32,000 bases of DNA from Sulfolobus acidocaldarius DSM 639. Its GTDB lineage: Archaea; Thermoproteota; Thermoprotei_A; Sulfolobales; Sulfolobaceae. Of the stretch, positions 9,065 to 17,781 are shown in pieces. The stretch spans positions 1,020,001 through 1,052,000 of the forward strand of contig NC_007181.1 in NCBI RefSeq assembly GCF_000012285.1, given 5' to 3'. The notes under the pieces are model-generated. The model did no database searches. It was not told the DNA's origin and saw nothing but the letters and a program-made list of their open reading frames with translations. A program made the translations under genes and the position numbers. Every line of letters begins with the position of its first letter. Position 1 is the first letter of the stretch.

Positions 9065-9685
9065 ATGACGTGGAAATGTAATTTATGCGGTTATGAAAAC
9101 GATGATGATGCATTATTTTGCATTAAATGTGGAGCTCAAAAGAGTTCAGAAGCACAACAATTACCACAGCAACAACCAAGTGAACCACAAGCACAAGGAG
9201 TAGTAACACAGCAACAGGTGGTTACGAACCCTCCTGTACAAGCTCAAGTAGCAACACCTCAACAGCCTGCTCAACAGCCCGTTTTACCACAACCAGAACC
9301 AGCTCAACCTCAACCGGTCTCATCGACTCCAGCACCCCAACAGGCATCACAGCCTACAAACAGATATTACATTTACTTTATACAAACACCAAATGAGAAT
9401 TTAGTAAACAAAAAAGTCCTACTTAATTTCGATCTGTTTCCTAGTGTATCAATGGGTAGGAGTCCTGAAAACATTGTCATAGTTCCTGATTCAGAAGTAT
9501 CTAGAAAACACGCAGTTATATATCTTGATAATAGTGAGTTATATATTGAAGATCTGAATAGTACGAATGGGACTTATGTTTACGATGGAAAGCAGTTTAC
9601 TCCAATTAAGGGGAAACAGAAGATAGAGCCTAACTCAATTATTAAACTTGGTAATCAGACAATAGTACGAATATTAAAGGAGTGA
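9065..9685 (+). CDS. arnA: Zinc-ribbon + FHA domain protein (ArnA-like archaellum regulatory network protein)
   Basis: 206 aa. N-terminal CNLCG...CIKCG zinc ribbon, a 73-aa Q/P-rich linker, and C-terminal FHA signature (GRSPEN...SRKHA...NSTNGT). It lies directly upstream of a vWA gene, as described for S. acidocaldarius ArnA/ArnB. Confidence 0.8.
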   Translation: MTWKCNLCGYENDDDALFCIKCGAQKSSEAQQLPQQQPSEPQAQGVVTQQQVVTNPPVQAQVATPQQPAQQPVLPQPEPAQPQPVSSTPAPQQASQPTNRYYIYFIQTPNENLVNKKVLLNFDLFPSVSMGRSPENIVIVPDSEVSRKHAVIYLDNSELYIEDLNSTNGTYVYDGKQFTPIKGKQKIEPNSIIKLGNQTIVRILKE

Positions 9686-9689
9686 GTTT

Positions 9690-10832
9690 ATGACCATATC
9701 AGTTAAAGCCGAATTAAGTCACAAGTACTCTTTTACCTCCCCCCTGAAAGGAGTGTTTAGATTAATTATAGTTCCGGAAAAAGTTTCGACTGCACGTGGG
9801 TTTCATTACATAATACTCCTAGATACATCAGGCTCCATGTATGGTGTAAAGATAGAGACAGCTAAACAAGGAGCAATGGAACTATTGAGCAGGATACCTG
9901 AAGGGAATAAGATATCTTTCCTGACATTCTCCAATAACGTTAATATATTAAGCGAATATGCAGATGCACCATCATTAGTTCAACAAATTAAACAGATAAG
10001 GTCAGGTGGACAAACAGTCCTGTATAGAGCTTTAGAGAGAGCAATCGAAATAGCCAAAAAACACGATTTACCAGGATACATAATATTATTAACAGATGGA
10101 CAGCCTACTGACGTACCTGAGACAGATGCTTATGAAAAACTGAATTATCCTGAAGCCTATAAGGTAATAGCGTTTGGTATAGGCGATGATTACAATGAAA
10201 GATTACTTAAGGTAATAACAGATAAGACTGCAGGAATACTGTATCACGTAGAGGATGCTAAGGAAATAGCTGAAATGTTGCCACAGTCAGCGGTTACGGA
10301 AATAGGAGCTAAGAACGTTAGCATAGATATAGTTTCAGAGACTCAGGTCAAATTGTTGAATTATCCTGGACCACCAGTAAAGCTAGGCGCAGTGGAATCA
10401 GTGGTAAGAGTGTATGGCGAGATAATAATTCCACCTAATTTCACTGGGAGGCTTGCAACAGTCAAAATATCTTATGAAGATCCTTTGTCAAGTAGGATTA
10501 ATAGACTAGAGGTTAACTTTGATATAACAAGAGCAAATGATGTAAAGCGCTTCCTAGACGGTATAAATAATGATTTGGTTAATGAATATCGTTACTATGA
10601 GTTAATGAGCAAGTTAGCTAATCAATTGAACTCCAACAATTTATCAGAAGCAACCAGAACTGTAGAACAAATGCAAATGATAGCACAGCAGACTAGAAGA
10701 ATGGAGCTAATAGAGACAACTAGAAGAATAAGCGAAAGTATAGAGACAACTAGAAGAATAGGTACAGTAGAGCAAACTAGAAAGATATCTAAGGAAATAA
10801 CTAGTGAAGTTACTAAGAAGTTGAGGTCTTAA
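9690..10832 (+). CDS. arnB: vWA domain protein (ArnB-like)
   Basis: 380 aa. MIDAS motif LLDTSGSM, GGQTVL, LLTDGQPTD. The ATG lies 4 nt after the arnA-like stop and is preceded by GGAGTGA (SD-like). The C-terminal helical tail has repeated (E/Q)(T/Q)TR(R/K)(I/M) motifs. Confidence 0.8.
   Translation: MTISVKAELSHKYSFTSPLKGVFRLIIVPEKVSTARGFHYIILLDTSGSMYGVKIETAKQGAMELLSRIPEGNKISFLTFSNNVNILSEYADAPSLVQQIKQIRSGGQTVLYRALERAIEIAKKHDLPGYIILLTDGQPTDVPETDAYEKLNYPEAYKVIAFGIGDDYNERLLKVITDKTAGILYHVEDAKEIAEMLPQSAVTEIGAKNVSIDIVSETQVKLLNYPGPPVKLGAVESVVRVYGEIIIPPNFTGRLATVKISYEDPLSSRINRLEVNFDITRANDVKRFLDGINNDLVNEYRYYELMSKLANQLNSNNLSEATRTVEQMQMIAQQTRRMELIETTRRISESIETTRRIGTVEQTRKISKEITSEVTKKLRS
10710..10760 (+). 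repeat. Intragenic tandem direct repeat (2 x 21 bp perfect copies, 30-bp period) encoding IETTRRI
   Basis: ATAGAGACAACTAGAAGAATA occurs at 10710-10730 and again at 10740-10760. Degenerate copies flank them (CAGACTAGAAGAATGG at 10688-10703, CAAACTAGAAAGATA at 10773-10787). Confidence 0.85.
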
Positions 10833-10845
10833 ACAAGGACTAAAT

Positions 10846-11010
10846 TTATCTTAGTTCTTCCTCAGTTATCTTAACTATTCTAACTGTATTATCCTTCTCG
10901 TCGTATATTACTTTCACTAAATCTCCTTCTTTAATCGGAAATTTCTTTCTTATTCTAACCGGTATAGTTATCTGAAAATTCCTAGAGACCTTAACAATAT
11001 CTTCTACCAT
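10846..11010 (-). CDS. AbrB/SpoVT-type small DNA-binding protein (Sso7c4-like), 54 aa
   Basis: Not in the ORF track. My translation is MVEDIVKVSRNFQITIPVRIRKKFPIKEGDLVKVIYDEKDNTVRIVKITEEELR*. It shows the typical SpoVT-AbrB swapped-hairpin signature (VS..FQITIP..IRKKF.IKEGD.V). CTTTATATTTT begins about 31 nt upstream of the ATG. Confidence 0.7.
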   Translation of the reverse strand: MVEDIVKVSRNFQITIPVRIRKKFPIKEGDLVKVIYDEKDNTVRIVKITEEELR

Positions 11011-11061
11011 CAAATAATAAATTAAAAACTGAAAATATAAAGTTTTTGTTTCTTTTTTTAT

Positions 11062-12318
11062 TCAAATTTTATCCTCATTCAATTTGTCTTTAATATTTTG
11101 AGCAATCTCCAGAGCTTTCTTGTACAAAAATTCACCTAGTATAGGCTTATTTGCCTCCAGTTCTTCCAGGTCAATAATGTTGACAGTATTATTTACTTTT
11201 ACCACGTCTACTTCTAAGTCTAAGTATCTTATTCTATTCTTAAGTAATTCAGGAGGAGTGGAAATATTTACATATAAACCCTTTAGATTATTGTTTCTGT
11301 CATGATACCTGTGAATTTGATACCAGTTTCGTGAGTCTAATTCGACTAAATCATAGTCACCGTCTTCAATCTTCAGATTTAAACCGTCATAAATCCCCCC
11401 ACTCTTGAATTCCCTCCTTATTTTAAGCCAATAGTAATCTCTACCAATCTCCTTCTGGACAATTGTACCACCCTTCAAGAGTACACGTTTACCATTTGGC
11501 TTTACATGTTCAATGGCTTCAATCATATTATCTCCAATTAACGATGTTAACAATTTCTCAGGAGAAGGATTTACTTTACCTTCTTCAATGTCTACTTCGT
11601 TTGAATAGGTCATTTTGAGCATATGATGAAACTTCATGGTGTTAATTACCAGACTCCTAATGTCATCTAAGAATAGTTTATCCTCTAATGATAAGGTAAC
11701 TTTCAGGAAGTCCTCTCCCTGTTCTCTAAAGTCATTATAACTATATCTCATTGTTAAATTTTCCAATTCCTCTTTAAGCTCTGCAGTAGTCGCCATTGCT
11801 GCGTTACTTCTCCATTTTACATTATACCCTTTCTTATTAAACGGAATACTAACAGACAAAAGCCGTTGACTGTCTCTCTCATCAATATGCTCTGAGAAAA
11901 ATGTTCTCCCATCTCCTTTCCAAACCATAGCAAATTTTCCTACTGCTCGCGGGGAAGAAAGTATTATCTTCCCTTCAACTGGAGGTTTTATCACTAGACC
12001 CTCAGATAGGCAAGGCTCTACAATAAAATTCATGAATTTACAATCTTCAGTGCTTACTACTGAATATAACTTAATTGGAGACCTCCATATAGGAGAATAT
12101 TTAAAAATAGATCTCATAAAGTTGTATATATCTTCACCTACGCTTACTATCTCCCCCTTGTCTATACCATCTTTTACAGTAACATCTGCAGGTGACCTAA
12201 TAATATCCATAAAAAAACGCTCCGCTATTTGCGGAGTTTGTTGAACTATCTCGAAGCCATTCTTTAAAAAGAGGTAAGTAAGAGCAGTAGCATAAATGCC
12301 TCTAATTCTGACTCTCAT
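11062..12318 (-). CDS. fau-1: FAU-1 family RNA-binding protein / probable RNase E/G-like ribonuclease
   Basis: 418 aa. The N-terminus [26 protein letters not shown] matches the conserved FAU-1 start as I remember it. The C-terminal part (YLDLEVDVV) is DUF402-like. The start overlaps the aconitase stop by 17 nt. Confidence 0.7.
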
Positions 12319-14848
12319 GTATTAATTTATTAAATACATACTTTAAAATTCCACCCTGTTTAATGTACTCTAGCTCTACGTTGGTATCAACTCTAGCTAA
12401 TCCTTGTACTTCAACTTTACTACCATCCTGTTTTATGAACTCCACCTTAACCTTAGATTTCGGCTTCAAATCCTTCAGATATACATTTACTATCTCATCT
12501 CCCTTAATACCTAAACTCTTCCAGTCTGGTATTTCTATTGGCACAACACCCATAGCCACTAGGTTACTTCTGTGGATTCTCTCAAAACTCTCAGCCAGTA
12601 CAGCCTTAACCCCTAGTAATGCAGTTACCTTAGCAGCCCAATCTCTTGAACTTCCAGATCCATATTGTTTACCTGCAACTATGACTAAAGGAACACCTTC
12701 CTTCTTATACTGTTGTGAGGCTTCGTAAACACTCATTACTTTACCATCAGGGAAGTGTTTAGTAAAACCGCCTTGAACATCTACTAGTAAATTCTTCAAC
12801 TTAGAGTTTGCAAATCCCCCTCTAAGCATAACCTCATGGTCTCCTCTTCTAGCTCCGTATGTGTTAAGATCCTGTTCACCTAATTCTGAAAGATATTTTC
12901 CTGCAACGGAATCCTTGTCGATTGGACCGGCTGGTGATATATGATCTGTTGTAATTTTATCGCCTAAGAGTAGTAAGATCCTAGCATTCTTTACGTCATC
13001 AAGTTTAAGATCTAGAGATATCCATGGAGGCATCCTTATATATGTGGACTTTTCATCCCAACTATATAATTCGCTTTCTTTAACCTGTAAATTATTCCAG
13101 TTTTCATCTCCCTCTAAGATATGCGAATAGACAGCCTTGTAGAACTCAGGATTCATTCCCAGCTTAATGTATTCTGAAATTTCCTTAGTAGTAGGCCATA
13201 TGTCCCTGAGATATACAGGATTACCATTAGGATCATAATCAATTGGCTCATTGAAGAAATCAATATCTATTCTCCCTGCGAGTGAAAATGCAACCACTAG
13301 AACTGGTGAAGCCAGAAATACTCCACTGAGATAGGGATTTATTCTGCCCTCATAATTCCTATTTCCGCTAATTACACCATAAACCTCTAACTTGTTTGAT
13401 TTAACGTCCTCCTCTATCTTTTTGGGTAGAGGACCAGCATTACCTATACATGTTGTGCATCCAAAACCAACAACATGGAAACCTAGAGCTTCCAGATAAG
13501 GTAGCAAGCCAGACTCTTTAAGGTACTCAACAACAACAGGAGAACCAGGAGCCATGCTGGTTTTTACATAGGATTTACTTCTTATGCCGTGCTGAATAGC
13601 CTTCTTGGCTAAAATTCCAGCTCCTATCATAACTGTTGGGTTTGACGTGTTAGTACAGCTGGTTATGGCAGTAAGTACTACATCGAGGTCTTTGACTAGA
13701 CTTCCCTTCTTCTTATCCTTCTTCTCCTGAAATAGTTTTTTCAGGTCCTTCAGGGGAACTCTCTCATCTGGATTTTTGGGACCAGCTATTGCAGGTTCTA
13801 CTTCAGACAGATCTATTGTGACTACTTCAGAATATTTTGGCTGACTCTCATAGAATATTCCCTGAGCTTTAGCATATTTTTCTACTAACTTGTACTCCCT
13901 AGCAGTTGCAGCTAAATAGTTTAAGGTCTGATAGTCAATTGGGAAATAACTTGCTGTAGCCCCATATTCTGGAGCCATATTTGCTATTGTAGCCCTATCA
14001 GGTACTGTTAGATTTCCAAGAGATGGACCGAAGAACTCGACAAACTTTCCAACAACTCCTTTCTTTCTCAGTTTTTCGGTTATATACAGAACTATATCTG
14101 TGGGTGTTACCCCTTCCTTTATCTCTCCTACAAGCCTTACTCCCACTACTTCAGGAACTGCCATGGTATAAGGTTCTCCAAGCATTACAGCCTCAGCTTC
14201 AAGTCCACCAACTCCCCATGAAAGCACACCTAAACCGTTGGTCATTGGTGTGTGAGAATCGGTACCTATCACAATCTCTGGGTAAGCTGTTAACTGACCT
14301 CTAAATTCCTTAACATCTACTACTTTGCTCAGGTACTCTAGGTTTATCTGATGAATTATACCCTTTCCTGGGGGAAATACTCTCAAATTCTTAAAGCTTC
14401 TCTGAGCCCATTTCAAGAACTTATATCTCTCAACATTTCTTTCAAATTCCTTCTTCTTATTCAGGAGTAATGAAGAAGCAGTTCCATAGTAGTCAACTTG
14501 TACTGAATGGTCTATAATTAAATCAGACTGAACTATAGGGTTTATCTTTAGGGGGTCCTCTCCCCTCTTAGACATCTCGTCTCTCATCGCAGCTAAATCC
14601 ACAAGAAGGGGAATGCCAGTATAGTCCTGTAAAACAACTCTCGTAGGTAGGAAAGAAAATTCCTTACCTGTTTTCCATGAAGCGATTGCGTCTAAATCTT
14701 CCTCCGTTATTTTTACGTTATCAAGGTTCCTAAATGTGTTCTCCACCAGGATTTTTAGAGAATATGGTAAGGAGTCTACGTCATATCCTCTGTCTTTCAA
14801 CTGCTTTATTGGATAATACCTTATATTAGACTCTAGGATTTGACTCAT
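12302..14848 (-). CDS. acn: Aconitate hydratase
   Basis: 848 aa with [19 protein letters not shown] and SGNRNYEGR Fe-S cluster/active-site motifs. Confidence 0.95.
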
Positions 14849-14899
14849 CGAATATATACTGTAAGCTCTGAGAATAAGAATTTTATGATATACAGAGTA

Positions 14900-16189
14900 T
14901 TACTCACCCTCTTTACCCAGACTCTTTATCCAGTTCGTGATGTCTTTTAAACATTCCTGTGCATAACTTATCTTAATCTTACCGTCCTTATCCCTATTGA
15001 CTATAGTAAAGTATCTACCCATACCGGCATGAGATATCATCTCGTATTCTGAAATCTCGCAATCTATTTTACTTTCCCCAATCGGTACATTTTCTAACCA
15101 ATCTAGTACCCTGCTGTTTCCTAATCTTATTAAGTAATCAAGAATATACTCACCGTCATCCTTAAGTCCAGCTAATCTCTTCAATATTTCTAGTTCCCTT
15201 TTAATCAGAGATCTGGCTGGCTCATTATATACATCTATTAGCTTTAGTAAATCGTCTAAAGTATACTCACCGGTTTCCGATTTAACCTTATAAGCTTCGA
15301 TAAAGTGGTATCCCATAAAGTAGTAGGGAGCTGTGTTATATGCTCTGACCCCAGAACTTACAAGATATTCTTTTTCCTGCTCCTTCTTGGAAACGGTAAT
15401 ACTCTCTTCTATTTTTTGCATAAAGTCCTCAGGTTTAGTCAATTCTTCTATACCATTCAAAAGATACAATAATGCCAATGGAAACCCCAACTGTAAAGCT
15501 CTACCTATAGCGAATAACTCCGATTTACTTAAAGTTGGCATTCCTTTAGCTAACTTTATCTCTTGCGATGTCAAATAGTCAGATATATCGACATTCCTAA
15601 TCGTTGATTTTTTTAGAGTAATTATTTTATTAGCGAAGTCAGTAGAGAACTCAATTAGAGGAATATCAGCTTTTCTTTTGGTTATATAATAATCTTGAAT
15701 AGCTAGTTTCGCAGCGTCTGACGTGTAATAAGTGAGGTAAGATGTCGTTTCACTTAAGTCTAGTAATACAGTATCGGGATTGTATCTAGTCAATGCATTA
15801 TAAACAGAATAGTATACTGAGAAATTGAAATTGCCTAAACTGTTATCATGAATGTGCATAAAGCCATCAGCGTCAATAGTTCCAGATGAAGGGATTACCT
15901 CCACATCAATCCCCTGAAATCTCTTTAAAACCTCCTCCTGTATACGTTTCTTAAGTTCTACATAAGAATCTGGTAAGTCTTGAGTTTTTAGATACGCAGA
16001 TAAAAATGAGGGAAGTAAAACTAACATGTCTACTTGTTCTTCCGATTCCCTTAGGAATTTGACCTCAGCTAGTGATGGTTTGCTCTCAACAACTTCACGT
16101 TCTGTCTCCTCTCCTCTTTCATTAATTATCTCGTATTTATTTTCTCTATTATTCAAATTTGTCCATATTGAAATTAGTAATATCTTCAT
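14900..16189 (-). CDS. Csx1-like (DxTHG-family, CARF/HEPN-type architecture) protein with degenerate signature motifs; function unknown
   Basis: 429 aa. N-terminal MKILLISIW...NKYEI, then DVEVIPSSG, and LLDLSETTSYLTYY where Csx1 proteins carry DxTHG(L/I)N. It also has FAIGRALQLGFPLALLYLL, and near the C-terminus SEYEMISHAGMG where Csx1 carries R-N-x-x-A-H-A-G. The comparison is from memory of Sulfolobus Csx1 sequences, not from a search. Confidence 0.4.
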   Translation of the reverse strand: MKILLISIWTNLNNRENKYEIINERGEETEREVVESKPSLAEVKFLRESEEQVDMLVLLPSFLSAYLKTQDLPDSYVELKKRIQEEVLKRFQGIDVEVIPSSGTIDADGFMHIHDNSLGNFNFSVYYSVYNALTRYNPDTVLLDLSETTSYLTYYTSDAAKLAIQDYYITKRKADIPLIEFSTDFANKIITLKKSTIRNVDISDYLTSQEIKLAKGMPTLSKSELFAIGRALQLGFPLALLYLLNGIEELTKPEDFMQKIEESITVSKKEQEKEYLVSSGVRAYNTAPYYFMGYHFIEAYKVKSETGEYTLDDLLKLIDVYNEPARSLIKRELEILKRLAGLKDDGEYILDYLIRLGNSRVLDWLENVPIGESKIDCEISEYEMISHAGMGRYFTIVNRDKDGKIKISYAQECLKDITNWIKSLGKEGE

Positions 16190-16326
16190 CTGTTTAATAT
16201 CTTACTTCTCGTTATTAACTTTTATGATAATAGTGAGGTAGAAACACTCTAAAAAAATAACAATAAGGAGAGACTATGAATTTTTTCATCATTAACTTTT
16301 TTACCTTTAAAATCTATAATTATATT

Positions 16327-16800
16327 ATGCCAACTGAAGAGGAAAAAAGAGATTTAGAGAGAGCTGAAGAGTATGAACATATTACCGCAAGAGCTACTGT
16401 AATAGGAAAAAATAAGATAGAATTAAGCACGGGTCTTATAATAGCAGCAAGGTATGCAGATAAGTTAAGGAGGGTCGCTCTCGTAGCATTCAGTAGAGTT
16501 GCTCCTAAAGATGTAATTGTAAGGGACGTGGCTGAACTTAACAAGAAACTTTATGATATAATAGTTAAGGAGATGAAACTTAACAAGTTATCTGTGATAA
16601 GAATATTGGTTGACGCTGAATATAACGAGAGAGAGAACAAACTTGAATTTGATAACATTAGGGTAATTAGATATCTCACTGAAGAGGAATGTAGTAACCA
16701 GTTAAAGCAACTGAATGAAAAAATTAAAGATCTAGAGAAAGAACTCCAAACATATAAGGAAAAAATTAAAAAAATTGAACAACTGTTATCTTCTAGTTAA
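16327..16800 (+). CDS. Hypothetical protein with a C-terminal coiled coil
   Basis: The track ORF starts at 16276. The first 17 codons (MNFFIINFFTFKIYNYI) look like promoter DNA, with TTTAAAATC about 25 nt upstream of the ATG at 16327. I prefer MPTEEEKRDLERAEE... (157 aa). The heptad-like tail is QLKQLNEKIKDLEKELQTYKEKIKKIEQLL. Confidence 0.55.
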   Translation: MPTEEEKRDLERAEEYEHITARATVIGKNKIELSTGLIIAARYADKLRRVALVAFSRVAPKDVIVRDVAELNKKLYDIIVKEMKLNKLSVIRILVDAEYNERENKLEFDNIRVIRYLTEEECSNQLKQLNEKIKDLEKELQTYKEKIKKIEQLLSSS

Positions 16801-16823
16801 TAAAAAACTTAATTTATTTTTAC

Positions 16824-17123
16824 TTAACCTTTCACTAAGCCTATAACAAATCCTATTATAAACAATATAGAATTATATGGCAGATAATTTATTATTCTCG
16901 ACACATATTGCTCAGCCTGCGTTGCATAGACACCCATACTTTGAAGACCAGAAACCACTGTATGGGGGGAAACTACTCCGATGGCTATTAGTATAACTAT
17001 TATGGCTAGCACTATTATACCGATCTTTATTACATTTTTTATCAGATAGCCTACTAGAAAACCCAGTACAAACGCTACTATAGCCATTACTATTTCAGTA
17101 TAAGGAATACCTGCTATTGGCAT
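16824..17123 (-). CDS. Small integral membrane protein (99 aa, about 3 TM segments)
   Basis: Strongly hydrophobic segments (IVMAIVAFVLGFLVGYLI, IGIIVLAIIVILIAIGVV, ILFIIGFVIGLV). ATG start. Confidence 0.6.
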   Translation of the reverse strand: MPIAGIPYTEIVMAIVAFVLGFLVGYLIKNVIKIGIIVLAIIVILIAIGVVSPHTVVSGLQSMGVYATQAEQYVSRIINYLPYNSILFIIGFVIGLVKG

Positions 17124-17392
17124 TAATAGAATGTATTAAAGGAGAAGTTTATATGATTAACCATAATAAGAAAATTCAATAGAAAATTTTTAGGTACTAC
17201 ATTTTCCTTAAAAATAGACATATTTAGTTTATTTTCTTATGTCTTTACGGGTTACACTTATGAAATAAAGAATGAAATCTACTCCTGATAAAATACTATT
17301 AATTAGAGCTAAAACTGTCTGTTAACTTGAATATTACTAAAAATTATGAAACAAGAAGTCAGCTTTATATGATTAACCCATAATTAAATCAT

Positions 17393-17770
17393 ATGAAAGT
17401 TGTAAAATATGTACTAACAGCAAAAATTGATTATGATGGAAAAGAAATAGAGATAAAAAGGTCTTTTAGACATAGAAAGAATATATTTGAATTTCTTAAG
17501 AATGCTGATTCTAATTTAAAGGGAGCATTGAGTGAGTATGCTAAGCAGAATAAGGTTAAAAGCTCAGACTTGCCCCTTAATGAGTTCATCACCTGTGGTG
17601 AGATCGAAGAAGAACAAGGTGTTATGAGAACTGAGTGCAAAGGTAAAGAAAAAGTTAGTGTCAAGATCGAAGTACAGACACAGAAAATAGCGAAGAAGAA
17701 AAAGGAGGAGAGTAAGCAAGAAAAGAAGGAACAGAAGAAGGAGGAAAAGCAAGAAGAAAGTAAAAGTTAG
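17393..17770 (+). CDS. Hypothetical protein with a K/E-rich low-complexity tail
   Basis: 125 aa. TTTATAT box at 17364-17370, about 26 nt upstream of the ATG (leaderless geometry). The last ~35 residues are KKKKEESKQEKKEQKKEEKQEESKS. Confidence 0.6.
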   Translation: MKVVKYVLTAKIDYDGKEIEIKRSFRHRKNIFEFLKNADSNLKGALSEYAKQNKVKSSDLPLNEFITCGEIEEEQGVMRTECKGKEKVSVKIEVQTQKIAKKKKEESKQEKKEQKKEEKQEESKS

Positions 17771-17781
17771 ATACTTTAGTT

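Noticed and set aside
14849-16326. Looked for a CRISPR array or cas genes next to the Csx1-like gene.
   Set aside because: There are no direct repeats with spacer periodicity anywhere in the window. The flanking genes are aconitase and small unknown ORFs.
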